The notes under the pieces were generated by a model that did not search any database, had not been told where the DNA came from, and saw only the letters and a list, made by a program, of their open reading frames with translations. Below, piece by piece: positions 38,070 through 51,555 of a stretch of 64,000 nucleotides of DNA. The DNA is from Squalus acanthias (taxonomy: Eukaryota), in the NCBI GenBank assembly GCA_030390025.1, contig CM059431.1:103046001-103110000 (forward strand), given 5' to 3'. Numbering within the stretch: position 1 is the first letter of the stretch; every line of letters begins with the position of its first letter. Made by a program: the position numbers and the translations under genes.

Positions 38070-38574
38070 GCTCTTAAAGCTGGATGCGGGAGAGAGACTG
38101 TTGAGGGAATGGAAGATGGTGAATCCAGAGACTCTCGCAAGATGAAGACCAGTACCATTGATTTCCTCTTATTTGTTCACCCACCCCCCACTGCCGCCCA
38201 ACTCACTCGTTCCCACACAGGCAGAACTCAAGCACAATACCACGGTTTGTGCAATATCAGCACCCTTCAACAGCAGTCTGATTAACCCTTTCCCAACAGC
38301 CTAGCCGCAATGGCGTGACCGGAATAAGCGTCTTTGGGAGCTGCTGTCTCTCTGAGTGGCTCTGCACCGACCCGGTCGGCCGAACAACAGGAGGTGGGCC
38401 AGAAAGCCGACCAGGGCGGGCCGCTCGCCACAGCGGCAGACACGATTAGAATCAGTCCCCTGCCGCAGGAACGGGCGCCTTCGTGCAAGCGCGATTTGCC
38501 CGCTGTACGCGGTGGACGCTGACTCCAGCGGAGTCCCCTATCATGTCTTCGAATAGGGGAAAACAGAAAAGAAA

Positions 38575-39040
38575 AAAAAAGACTTGCATTTCTATAGCGC
38601 CTTTCACGACCACCGGACATCGCAAAGTGCTTTACAGCCAATGAAGTACGTTTAGGAGTGCAGTCACTGTTGTAATGTGTGAAACGCAGCAGTCAAATTG
38701 CGCACAGCAAGCTCCCACAAACAGCAATGTGATAATAACCAGATAATCTGGTTTTTTTTGTTATGTTGGTTGAGGGATAAATATTGGCCCAGGACACCGG
38801 GGATAACTCCCCCTGCTCTTCTTCGAAATAGTGCCATGGGATCTTTTACGTCCACCTGAGAGGGCAGACGGGGCCTCGGTTTAACGTCTCGTCCGAAAGA
38901 CGGCACCTCTGACAGTGTAGCACTCCCTCAGCACTGCACTAGGAGCGTCAGCCTAGCTTATTGTGCTCATGTCCCTGGCGTGGGACTTGAACCCATGACC
39001 TTCTGACTCAGAGGTGAGTGTGCTACCCACTGAGTCACAG
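38575..39040 (-). mobile_element. Full-length tRNA/Deu SINE
   Basis: Head tgactcagtggg..gggttcaagtccc, Deu core and tail. Confidence 0.85.
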
Positions 39041-40792
39041 CGATTGAGCTGCTGTTGTTTCCCTGGTCCTAATATATCTCCAAGCCGCATATTATGGAAT
39101 GTACAGACTACACGCTCTTAATTCAACTCAGCGGTGCCGCTTTAATTAATAAAAATGAAACTGCCCTGGTCAATTTCAAAGTTCCTGAAACACTGCTGTC
39201 TGGTTTGTGACATTAACATTTAATAAAAAAGAAAGCCTTGCATTTCTACAGCACCTTTCACGACCTCAGGACGTCCCAAAGCGCTTTACAGCCAATGAAG
39301 TACTTTTTGAAGTGTAGTCACTGTGGTAATGTAGGAAACGCGGCAGCCAACTTGCGCACAGCAAGCTCCCACAAAGAGCAGCGTGATCGTGACCAGATCA
39401 TCTGTTTTTTGAACTCCCTTGGGATCAGCTGACCTGAACTTTAGAAGCACGTGATTCAAATCTAAGGCCAACATTTATCTGTAGATTCAGATCCAAACTG
39501 CTCAGAATTTGAGACCTTTTCAGTCACTTTGACTTGTACTCAGCGCTGCAAGAAGTAGAAATATTTTTAACCGAACAGAAGATGATTCTGAGTGACTGGC
39601 GGTTTAAAAAAAAATCAATCATTATTCTTGTAAAAATTGTGAAGCTTCGTAAGAGGAAACAGCCAGCCCCTGAACTGAAAGCCACCATAACCTCACCTTG
39701 CCTGAAATACATAGAAAGGGAATGGTATTGCTGTGCTTGTAGATTGGGTAACTGCTTTTGAAGATGTCAGCCCCACGCCGTTATCACCTCATCTCATCAT
39801 CCACCGTACCATTTGTGCGCAGAAAGCATGAAACTTACTGAAGTGATGGGAGTTGCTGATTAAGATCACTATCTTCCTGAGATGAAAGTCAATTTTGAGA
39901 CACCGAGACTGTCTGAAATGTCAGCTGACTCTGACCACCATTCCACCCCCCCGTCCCCCCCCGGGCTTCAAAGGTGAAACTGAAATCTTAGCGTTGCTTT
40001 AACTTTTGACGGCTGTGTTTCAGTACGACCTGTTCTCACGGACAATTTGAAATGTTCTTTGCTCCATTTAAGGTGGTATGTTAAGTTGGGGAGGTGGGGG
40101 TGGAAATGGAAGACGTGCAGACCCTGCTCTTCTTCGAAATAGGGCCATGGGATCTTTTACATTCACCTGAGAGGGCAGACGTTTAACGCCTCATCCAAAA
40201 GACGGCCCCTCTGGCAGTGCAGCACTTCCCTCAGCACTGCACTGGAGTGTCAGCCGAGCTTTTGTACTCAAGCCTCATGGAGTGGGATTTGAACCTATCG
40301 GCTGTTTGACCCAGAGGCATGAGTGCTCTGAGCCACAGCTGACACCAAACTACTGCCCACCTACGTGTGAACCTCTTCTTAAGATTTCTATATATTTTTT
40401 AAAGTTCTCTCCCCTTCCCTTGTAACGTTATTGACTCTCCTTAGAAGCGTACAGCACAGAAAGGAGGCCATTCGACCCATCATGCCTGTGCCGGCTCTTT
40501 GAAAGAGCCGTCCAATTCGTCCCGCTCCCCCCTGCTCTTTCCCCACAGCCCTTCTGGGACTCCTTTTTTTATAAACTATTTAACTGTGGAGGGCATCACA
40601 GTGATGCCAGATAATGCCTGTGAGTTTTGCTCGGAGCTGCTCCAGCTCTGCCGCCATTACTTTGCCAGACGGGCTGCCTTCCACGTGCATGAAGCTGTCA
40701 GTAGGGGGTCAGTGGACACCGTACAGGAGTGTATGCCCAGGCTGATACCTTCCTTCACTAAATAAGGGCCAATGAAAAGAAAGCTTGACGAA

Positions 40793-40829
40793 AGTTCTGA
40801 CGAGAGGTCATCGACCTGAAACGTTAACT
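40793..40829 (+). ncRNA. Minimal hammerhead motif in a Penelope terminal fragment (fragment extends to ~40925)
   Basis: agtt CTGACGA g AGGTC atc GACCT GAA ACGT T aact. The downstream sequence matches the 3' end of the PLE at 4720-4855. Confidence 0.7.
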
Positions 40830-40924
40830 CTGTTTCTCTCTTCACAGATGCTGCCTGACCTGCTGAGTATCTCCAGCATTTTCTGTTTTTATTTCAGATT
40901 TCCAGCATCTGCAGTATTTTCTTT

Positions 40925-41735
40925 TTGCAATTATATAGCTCCTTTCACAACCTCCGGACGTCCCAAGGCACCTTACAGCCAATGAAGTACTTTTTTGAAG
41001 TGTAGTCGCTGTTGTAATGTAGGAAAGGAAAGCAGCCAATTCGCGCACAGCAAGCTCCCACACACAGCGATGTGATAATGACCAGATAATCTGTTTTAGC
41101 GATGTTGATTCAGTGCAGTGCTGAGGGAGCGCTGCACTGGCGGAGGTGCTGCCCTTCGGATGAGACGTTAAACCGAGGCCCCATCTGCTCTCTCAGGTGG
41201 ACGTAAAAGATCCCATGGCCACTATTTCAAAGAAGAGTAGGGGAGTTATCCCCGGTGTCCTGGGCCAATATTTATCCCCCAACCAACATCACGAGAACAG
41301 ATTATCTGGTCATTATCACATTGCTGTTTGTGGGAGCTTGCTGTGCACAAATTGCCTGCCATGTTTCCTACATTACAACAGTGACCTCACTTCAAAAAGT
41401 ACTTCATTGGCTGTAAAGCGCTTTGAGACGTCCGGTTGCCGTGAAAGGCGCTGTAGAAATGCAAGTCTTTCTTTCTTTCTTTGATTGAGGGATACATATT
41501 GGCCAGGACACCAGGGAGAACTTCCCTGCTCTTCTTCGAAATACGGCCACGGGATCTTTTACATTCAGATGTTTAAAGTCTCATCCAAAAAGACGGCACC
41601 TCTGACAGTGCAGCACTTCCCTCAGCACTGCACTGGAGTGTCAGCCGAGATTTTGTGCTCAAGTCCCTGTAGCGGGACTGTGAACCCGTCAACCTTCTGA
41701 CTCAGACGCTAACTGAGCCATGGCCAACACCAAAC
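40925..41735. mobile_element. Rearranged/nested Deu SINEs (- / + / -)
   Basis: A minus SINE breaks at ~41110 and resumes at ~41481; a plus SINE body occupies 41111-41480. Confidence 0.7.
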
Positions 41736-42504
41736 TGCTATCCCAACTCAGATCAACTAACCCAGCACAGACCAGGAATCGAAAACCTGCTCTGTGACAC
41801 TTAGTACTGTGTTGAAGGTTCTTTTACCCACATGGCTTTTGGAGGAGAATAAATAGTAATACTTCTAACCAGATTACATGACAGCCTTCAGTTTTCCCAA
41901 GATTTCATAGACTGACACAGTTTGACTGCCGTACAACTCATTGAATTTCAGGCAATGCCCTTGAATTTCAACATAAGATTATGTAATCTGAAGGTTTACT
42001 AAACGAGACTCCTGATTAATTCTTTGTACTCCTACATAAAGGAAAGTCACCTTCAATAGCTCGATGATGTTTGGGTCAATATATGTGAGTCAGCTTCTCA
42101 AAACTAAGGACATTATTAAAAACTGTCAACATTTTATATTTATAGCTGCCCATCTTTGCAAATGCCTCCTAATGGTGCTGACTGGATCCTCTCCCAGTTT
42201 AAAACCTATCATTCAACAGAAAGATTTATAAGATCTCTTGCTGGTTTATGTCACAGTGTATGTTGTGTTTCTACTAATCTAGGAACTTTTCCAGTTTGGG
42301 GGGAAGAGAGGTGACTGGTTGCTAGGAGTCAATGGTAAACATTTCACGTGGGGCCATAACAGAATAATCGACTGTCGCTAAAGACCTCACCCTCACCCCG
42401 AAAAAAGTTTACAAAAAGTGGAACAGACTCTCATCTTCAGTACGAACTGGATTCTGAAAATAACCTCCTTTTTATATGCTTTTGGTGCTATGCCCAACGT
42501 GTAT

Positions 42505-42940
42505 TACATAAAATTTACAGCATAGAAACAGGCCATTCAGCCCAACTGGTCCGTGCCAGTGTTTATGCTCCACATGAGCCTCCTCCCACCCCTACTTCAT
42601 CTCACCCCATCAGCATATCCTACCATTCCTTTCTCCCTCATGTGTTTATCTAGTTACTCCTTAAATGCATCTATACTATTCTCTTCAACTACTCCCTGTG
42701 GTAGCGAGTTCCACATTCTCACCACTCTCTGGGTGAAGAAGTTTCTCCTGAATTCCCTATTGGATTTATTAGTGACTATCTTATATTGATGGCCCCTAGT
42801 TTTGTTCTCTTCCACAAGTGGAAACATCCTCTCTACCTCTACCCTATCAAACCCTTTCATAATTTTATAGACCTCTATCAAGTCAACTCTCAGCCTTCTC
42901 TTGTCTAGAGAAAGGAGCCCCAGCCCGTTCAGTCTTTCTG
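42505..42940 (-). mobile_element. CR1 LINE 3' fragment
   Basis: ORF 42654-42881. Confidence 0.85.
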
Positions 42941-42945
42941 AATCT

Positions 42946-43410
42946 TTGTCAGCTGTGACTCAGTGGGTAGCTCTCTCACCTTTGAGTCACAAGGTCATGG
43001 CTTCAAGCTTCACTTCAGAGACTTAAGACAAAATCTAGGCTGATACTTCATGCAGTACCGAGGGAGCGCTGCATTGTCGGAGGTGCTGTCTTTCGGAGGA
43101 GACGTTAGACCGAGGCCCCGTCTGCCCTCTCAGGTGGATGTAAAAGATCACATGGCACTATTTTGAAGAAGGGGAGTTCTCCCCAGTGTCTTGGCTGATA
43201 TTTATCCCTCAACCAACATTACTAAAACATATTATCTGGTCATTATCCCATTGCTGCTTGTGGGAGCTTGCTGTGCGCAAATTGGCTGCCGTGTTTCCTA
43301 CATTAACACAGTGACTGCGCTTCAAAAGTATTTCATTGGCTGTAAAGCTCTTTGGGACATCCTAAATTCATGAAAAGCGTTGTATAAATGCAAGTTCTTT
43401 CTTTCTTTTC
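42946..43410 (+). mobile_element. Full-length tRNA/Deu SINE
   Basis: Head tgactcagtggg, core and tail. Confidence 0.8.
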
Positions 43411-43599
43411 TTTAGTAATGATAATTATACTTTTATTTACAACTCTGCTACCCGTGCAGCGGTCTGCCACCCGGTCCTAAGTTTACCCCCTGGAATTCCT
43501 GGCAGTCTCTCCTATTTCTCCCTTCTCTTGCTGGTGTCCTGATTGCTCAGCCTGTCCCTGTCCTTTTGTTCAGGCTAATTCCACAATCCAGAAACGTAG

Positions 43600-44155
43600 C
43601 AGGAACACGGGAACGGGAGGAGGCCATTCAGCCCCTCGAGCCTGTTCCGCCATTCGATGAGATCATGGCTGATCTGCGACCTAACTCCATATACCCGCCT
43701 TTGGCCCGTATCCCTTAATACCTTTGGTTAACAAACATCTATCAACCTCAGATTTAAAATTAACAATTGATCGAGCATCAATCGCCGTTTACGGAAGAGA
43801 GTTCCAAACTTCTACCACCCTTTGCGTGTTTCCTAACTTCACTCCTGAAAGGCCTGGCCCTAATTTTTAGACTATGCTCCCTCGTCCTAGACTCCCCAAC
43901 CAGCGGAAATAGTTTCTCTTTATCTACCCTATCTGTTCCCCTAAATATCTTGAAAACTTCGATCAAATCACCTCTTAACCTTCTATATTCCTGGGAATAC
44001 AACCATAGTTTGTGTAATCGCTCCTTGTAATTTAACCCTTGGTATCATTCCAGTAAACCTAAGCTGCACTCCCTCCAAGGCCAATATATCCTTCCTAAGG
44101 TGTGGTGCCCAGAACTGAACACAGTGCTCCAGGTGTGGTCTAACCAGGGCTTTGT
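43600..44155 (-). mobile_element. CR1 LINE 3' fragment
   Basis: RRLRGDLIEVFKIFRG..RTREHSL. Confidence 0.85.
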
Positions 44156-44629
44156 TAATGGATTAAAGTTAATGGCCGAAAAATTACGGTCTCCAATTTT
44201 ACTCCTTTTCACATTTTAGCTTTTAGTCTTCGAAAGACAAAAATTAGTCGAAGACTTTAGGACCGATTTTAACCCTTCCCGCCCAGGCGGAAACCTGGCG
44301 GTGGGTTAAAATCCCCCGTGGGGCATACCTGCCCCGGTCCTGCTGTCTCTCCCGCAGTTTCTGATTGTGACCTGCTCTTCCGAGCAGGCGAGAGGGACAC
44401 CTGCCGGAAGCCAGCGGGGGCCATTCCTTAAATATGCAGATTGGGCTCCGGTTACATCGCGGGGCCCGACTGCCGTGTTAATCGGAGGCCTGCGTGGGGA
44501 CTAAGATGGAAAGGAATATCGGGCGGGGGCCAATTCGATATCGCCCATTTTATACCATCTCCCAAGGTTGAACTTAGCTCCGGTGTGGGTGGATCTCAGG
44601 TCAGCACAGGATCAGCCTTAACTGTGATA

Positions 44630-45345
44630 AGAGCATAAGAAATAGGAGCAGGAGTCAGCCATTCAGCCCCTCGAGCCTGCTCCGCCATTCAATAAGATCA
44701 TGGCTGATCATCGAACTCAACTCCACTTTCCCGCCCGACCTCCATATCCCTTGATTCCCCTAGAGTCCAAAAATCTATCTACCTCAGCCTTGAAGATACT
44801 CAAAGACTCAGCATTCACAGCCCTCTGGGGCAGAGAATGCCAAAGATTCACAACCCTCTGAGTGAAGAAATTCCTCCTCATCTCAGTCTTAAATGGCCGA
44901 CCCCTTATCCTGAGACTGTGACCCCTGGTTCTAGATACTCCAGCCAGGGGCGAAACAACCTCTCAGCATCTACCCTGTCAATCCCCCTCAGAATCTTGTA
45001 TGTTTCAATGAGATCACCTCTCATTCTTCTAAACTCCAGCGATGCCCTCTATAGAATCATAGAATCATAGAATCATAGAAGATAGGAGCAGGAGTAGGCC
45101 ATTCGGCCCCTCTAGCCTGCTCCGCCATTCAATGCGATCATGGCTGATCATCCAAATTCAGTACCCTGTCCCTGCTTTCTCCCCATATCCCTTGATCCCT
45201 TTAGCCTTAAGAAATATATCCAACCCTTCTTGAATCTATTTAATGAATTGGCCTCTACTGCCTTCTGTGGCAGAGAATTCCACAGGTTCACCACTCTCTG
45301 GGTGAAGAAATTCCTCCTCATTTCTGTCCTAAATGGCTTACTCCT
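44630..45345 (-). mobile_element. Two tandem CR1 3' fragments (44630-45040, 45053-45345)
   Basis: CR1 3'UTRs and RRNFFTQRVVNLWNSLP. Confidence 0.82.
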
Positions 45346-46239
45346 ATGCATCCAGGCTCATTCCGTACGGCCACTTGTAGGAGATATCAGAAAGCTGTCC
45401 GTGTGGGTGGCAGGGGAAGAGTTGCCAGGAGGAAACTGAGAGAGAATAAAAACATTACTTGAAGGGTTAACGATGTCAGGAGGCAAATGGCAGCTCCGTA
45501 AATCATTGTAAGTTATGTCACTTTTCAATAGAACTAGGTAACACTGTTGTATAAGATTTGCTGGATAAATAATTGGTTTTGTTTACCCTGTTTATGCCAT
45601 ATAACTTTTAGCACTATAAAATAGTTCCCTGGGTAAATCAATTTAGAAGTTTTCTTTCCACACATCTTCCAAACTTCATTTCGATTTTAGACACGTACAA
45701 TTCTTGCTTTGAATATAGAGCATATTTCTAAGTGCCTGCAGGGAAGAGACTTATTATTCAATGTATTCCCAGACTAAAAAGAATAACTTATGAAAGTTTA
45801 TTAGAAAAACTGGTCTGCTTAGAAAAAAGACTCTTGTGTAATCTGTTATATTCCTAAAATAATAGTGATCAGTATGACATTGGTATGTGCATTTAATCTT
45901 TGTAAAAGAAAAGCATCCGTTCTGCCTCTCTGTACTAAATGAAATGTGATAAATCAAATACATCAGTATTATTTGTGACTGCAATGAGGGGCCAAAGTCT
46001 CACAGTGCAGTATGGGTTGAAAGAAAGAAAGACTTGCATCTGTATAGCACCTTTGATATCCACAGGACGTCCGAAATCATTTCGCAGCCAATTACTTACT
46101 TCTGACGTGTACTCACTGGTGCTATGTAGGAAACGCAGCAGCCAATTTGTGCACAGCAAGCTCCCACAGACAGCAACAAGACAAATCACCGAGTTAATCT
46201 CTTTTAGTGGCGTTGATTGAGGGATTGGTCAGGACATCA

Positions 46240-48972
46240 ATTTCTCAACCGATATACATTCTCTTGAGGGATAAAAACTCCACTGGGAAAGTGGTACAAC
46301 CGTGGCTAACTGGAGAGGTTAAGGATAGTATTAGATTAAAAGAAGAGGTTTACAATGTTGCCAAAAAGTGTAGTAAGCCTGAGGATTGGGAGCATTTTAA
46401 AAATCAGCAAAGGATGACCAAGAAATTGATTAAGAGGGAGAAAATAGAATATGAGATTAAACTAGCAAGAAATATAAAAACAGATTGTAAGAGCTTTTAC
46501 AAGTATGTAAAAAGGAAGAGATTAACAAAAGTAAATATGGGTCCCTTAGAGGCAGAGACAGGGGAAATTATAATGGGGAATAAGGAAATGGCAGAGATGT
46601 TAAACAAATATTTTGTGTCTGTATTCACAGTAGAAAACACAAAGAACATACCGGAAATTGTGGGAAACCAATGGTCTAATGAGTGAGGAACTTAAAGTTA
46701 TTAATATTAGTAAAGAAAATGTACTGGAGAAATTAATGGGTCAAAAAAGCCGACAAATCCCCAGGACCTGATGGCCTACATCCTCGGGTCTTAAAAGAGG
46801 TGGCTGCAGAGACAGTGGATGCATTGGTTTTGCTCTTCCAGAATTCCCATGATACTAGAATGGCCCCCGTGGATTGGAAGGTAACAAATGTAACCCTGCT
46901 GTTCAAGAAAGGAGGGAGAGAGAAAACAGGGAACTATAAGCCAGTTAGCCTGACATCAGTAGTAGGGAAAATGCTTGAATCTATTATTAAAGATGTGGTA
47001 ACAAGTCACTTGGAAAATCACAATATGATTAGACAGAGTCAACACAGTTTTATGAAAGGGAAATCGTGTTTGACAACAACTTGTATTTATATAGCACCTT
47101 TAACGTAGTAAAATGTCTTGAGGTACTTCACAGGAGCATTATCAAACAAAATGTGATACCGAGCCACATCTTTGGGCAGATGCTTTTAAGGAGTGTCTTA
47201 AAGGAGGAGAGAGAGGTGGAGAGGCAGCAAGGTTTAGGGAGGGAATTCCAGAGCTTAGGGCCCAGGCAGCTGAAGACTCAGCCGCCAATGGTGGAGCGAT
47301 TAAAATCTTGGATGCTCAAGAGGCCAGAATTGGAGGAATGCAGATATCTCGGAGGGTCGTAGATGCAGATATCTCGGAGGGTCGTAGGGCTGGAGGAGAT
47401 TAGAGAGATAGGGAGGGGCGAGGGCATGGAGAGATGTAGGTCAGTGAGCACAGGGGTGATGGGTGAACAAGACTTGGTGCGAGTTTGGACACGGGCAGCA
47501 GAGTTTTGGATGACCTCAAGTTTACAGAGGGTAGAACGTGAGAGACCGGCCAGGAGTGCGTTGGAATAGTCAAGTCTAGAGGTAACAAAGGCATGGATGA
47601 GGGTTTCATCAGCAGATGAGCTGAGGCAGGTTACGGAAGTGAAAATAGGTAGTCTTTGTGATGGCGTGGATATGTGGTTGGAAGCTCATCTTGGGGTCAA
47701 ATATGACACCATTTTGATTTTCAGAAGACACTCGATAAGGTGCCACACAAGAGGTTGTTGCACAAGATTAGGTACATGGGATTGGGGTAATATATTAGCA
47801 TGGATTGGTTAACAGACAGAAAACAGAGAGTAGGAATAAACGGGTCATTTTCAGGATGGCATGGTAACTAGTGGAGCGCCATAAGGTTTCAGTGCTTGGG
47901 CCTCAGCTATTTACAATCTATATTAATGACCTAGATGAAGGGACCGAGTGTAATATATCCAAGTTTGCTGATGATACAAAGCTAGGTGGGAAAGTAAGCT
48001 GTGAGGATGATGCAAAGAGGCTGCAAAGGGATATAGACAGGCTAAGTGATTGGGCAAGAATGTGGAATATAATGTGGGGAAGTGTGAAATTATCCACTTT
48101 GGTAGGAAGAATGGAAAAGCAGAATATTTTGTTAGAAGGTGAAAGACTAGTAAATGTTGGTGTTCAGAGGGTTTTGGGCATCCTTGTACATGAGTCACAG
48201 AGAGTTAACACGCAGGTACAGCAAGCAATTAGGAAGGCAAATGGTATGTTAGCCTTTATTGAAAGGGGGTTGGAGCATAAGAGTAAGGAAGACTTGCTGC
48301 AATTGATGAGACCACACCTGGAGTATTGTGTACAGTTTTGGTCTCCTTACCTAAAGAAGGATATACTTGCCTTGGAACGGGTACAACTAGATTGATTCCT
48401 GGGATGAGAGGGCTGTCCTATGAGGAGAAATTGAGTAGAATGGGCCTATATTCTCTGGAGTTTAGAAGAATGAGGTGATCTCATTGAAACGTATAAAATT
48501 CTTAAAGGGCTTGACAGGGTAGATGCTGAGAGGCTGTTTCCCCTGGCTGGGGAATCTAGAAGTAGGGGTCATAGTTTCAGGATAAGGGGTCGGCCATTTA
48601 GGACTGAGACGAGGAGGAATTTCTTCACTCAGAAGGTTGTGAATCTTTGGAATTCTCTACTCTAGAGGGGTGTGGATGCTCAGTCATTGAGGATATTCAA
48701 GACTAAGATTGGTAGATTTGTGGGCACTAAGGGAATCAAGGGGATCGGGCGGGAAAGTGGAGTTGATGTAGACGTTCAGCCAAGTTCAGCGGTTCAAGAT
48801 GGCGGCTCACCACCACCTTCTCAAGGGCAATTAGGGATGGACAGTAAATGCTGGCCTTGCCGGCGGCGCCCACATCCCATAAACAAATTTAAAAAAATGA
48901 TCTTATTGAATGGCGGAGCAGGGTTGAGGGGCTGTATGGCCGACTCCTGCTCCTATTTCTTATGTTCTTATG
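46240..48972 (+). mobile_element. Long CR1 ORF2 remnant interrupted by L2 (47074-47710) and a LINE tail (~48785-48898)
   Basis: KSFYKYVKRKR..KEMAEMLNKYFVSVFT; KSPGPDGLHPRVLKE; DWKVTNVT..NYKPVSLTS; KFADDTKL; 3'UTR. Confidence 0.9.
47074..47710 (-). mobile_element. L2 LINE 3' fragment nested in CR1
   Basis: rc of the L2 tail and ORF2 (tagacttgactattccaacgcactcc). Confidence 0.8.
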
Positions 48973-49734
48973 ACACTTAAGAGAACTCGCCTACTCTTCT
49001 TTGAATAGTGCTGTGGGTTCTGTTATGCCTCTCTGAACAGGCAAACTGCCTCAGTTTAAGAGCACATCCAAAAGACAGGCTTCCAGAAACACAGATGTCC
49101 CTCAGTACTGCCAACCTAGATTACACGCTTAAGTCCTGCAGTTGTGCTTGGACCCACGACCTTCGGACTTAGAAGGTGAGGTGAGCTACACTTGAGGAAA
49201 AGAAAAAGTAAAAGAAGGCAAAAATCACAAATTAATGATTGGGTTTTAAAAGCTTGAAGATTGTTTAGTTTCTTTGACCGAGTTATCTCGGTGCTGTGGG
49301 CAGGGTGGAAACAGGACTTGCGTGATTTGCACGGGCAGGTTTGAGAGAGATGAGCACAGAGCTGGGAAGCAATGAGACATGTGAGAAGCTTAGAGAGGAA
49401 AAGGGAGGCTTGCGATGGGCTGGTAATCATTTTACCTGCCATTGTTCTGTGGACTTGCACCCTTTTCCAACCCATTCTGTAACTTCGTAGCTGCCTCTTC
49501 CGATTCCACAGCCCCTCCAAGTTGGGCACAATTTGCCGATCTCTGCATCCGATATTGCCTTACACCTCCACACTTATTCTATCCCAGATATTAATAAAAT
49601 AAACCAAATGTGTGGTCTTCCATGAGCATTCCCTTGCTGTCTCTATTCTTGCATTGATCACACCTGCTCCTACTTTGAAATGGACTAAAACCCCTGCTCA
49701 TAGCTCCAGGACCGTCCGTTATTGTGTTTTTTAA

Positions 49735-50297
49735 AATTCGTTTATGGGATGTGGGCGTCGCTGGCAAGGCCAGCATTTATTTATGGCCCATCCCTAGTTG
49801 CCCTTGAGAAGGTGGTGGTTAGCCGCCTTCTTGAACCGCTGCAGTCCGTGTGGTGAAGGTGCTTCCCACAGTGCTGTTAGGGAGGGAGTTCCAGGATTTT
49901 GACCCAGTGACGATGAAGGAATGGCCGATATACTTCTAAGTCAGGATGGTGTGTGATTTGGAGGGGATCTTGGAGGTGGTGGTGTTCCCATGCGCCTGCT
50001 GCCCTTGTCCTTCTAGGTGGGAGAGGTCGCGGGTTTGGGAGGTGCTGCCGAAGGAGCCTTGGCGAGTTGCTGCAGTGCATCTTGTAGATGGTACACACTG
50101 CAGCCACGGTGCGCCGGTGGTGGAGGGAGTGAATGTTTAAGGTGGTGGATGGGGTGCCAATCAAGCGGGCTGCTTTGTCCTGGATGGTGTTGAGCTTCTT
50201 CAGTGTTGTTGGAGCTGCACTCATCCAGGCAAGTGGAGAGTATTCCATCACACTCCTTACTTGTGCCTTGTCGATGGTGGAAAGACTTTGGGGAGTC
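49735..50297 (-). mobile_element. LINE 3' fragment (family of 25515-27445)
   Basis: MEYSPLAWMSAAPTTLKKLNTIQDKAARLIG. Confidence 0.87.
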
Positions 50298-51129
50298 CAC
50301 TCCGAAGCACTGATTTGTCCAGCATAGTGAGGGTTAATCTACAATTCCGACTTGGAAAATATGCAGTAAATAATTTATTTCACGCTGGCGAAACAGCAAA
50401 CTAGAGCTCAGTACTAATCAATTAATTAATCTTATGAACATTGTTCCATCTCCATTATAAGCAGAATCCAGCCGAACAGCAGAAAATACCTCGGGAATTG
50501 ACATAAGCGGAATGCTCGCGCTCATCCAGTTCTTCAAATAAAAACTGTGAAAGTGATTTTCCTACATTTTTGTCCTGGCCATTAGTTATGAGGGGATGAT
50601 GTATTAGTCAATGTTTACAAGCCAGCCATGTGCATTATCACTTTCACCCAAGACAGACGCAATTTAATAGTGCATTAAAAGACCATTTGCTGTGCCATTT
50701 GTCAGCCACTATGTTTATACAATCCATGCTATAAGGTTCTGTTTGAGCACTAATTAATCTAGCATCCACCTCATTAACTTTTAAACTCCTAATGGTCCCT
50801 TAAGGTTAATTGTTTAGTCATTTTTTGTCATTAGCAGTACCCTGTGTGCATGCATACCAAGATTTATTGCATCTCTCACATCAGATTTCTGATACCTCAT
50901 CACTTATGAAAGGTGTTTTATGGCTCAATTTGTCTGGGTATCTGAGCAGAGAATAAACAGCAATGAACGAACGCTAAACACCACGGTGATAAACTTTGCA
51001 ACTTTTAAGGCCTTTAATAATTACCGATCATTAAGTGTTGTAGCCCAGTTGAACACTCCCATATGTAGGTCTGCCTGTTAACCTAGGCTTATCCTTTCAG
51101 GAAATGGAATGTCACACTCTTAGCCGATG

Positions 51130-51555
51130 GTCCCCACCGCAAACTCCGTTCCCGAGCCTCCGACTCCATCCCTCTCCCTGGCAACTGTCTGAGGCTGAAT
51201 CAGACTGTTCGCAACCTTGGTGTCATATTTGATCCCGAGATGAGCTTCCGACCACAGATCCGCGGCATCAGTAAGACCGCCTATTTCCACCTCCGTAACA
51301 TCACCCGTCTCCGCCCCTGCCTCAGCTCATCTGCTGCTGAAACCCTCGTCCATGCCTTTGTTACCTCTAGACTCGACTATTCCAACGCACTCTTGGCCAG
51401 CCTCCCACATTCCACCCTACGTAAACTTGACATCATCCAAAACTCGGCTGCCCGTGTCCTAACTCGCACCAAGTCCCGTTCGCCCATCACCCCTGTGCTC
51501 GCTGACCTACATTGGCTCCCAGTTAAGCAATGCCTCGATTTCAAAATTTGCATCC
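51130..51555 (+). mobile_element. L2 LINE ORF2 fragment
   Basis: KTAYFHLRNITRLRPCLS..LVHAFVTSRLDYSNALL..IQNSAARVL..LHWLPV. Confidence 0.9.

Noticed and set aside
47338..47387. 25-bp tandem duplication in L2
   Set aside because: Ordinary local duplication in a dead repeat.
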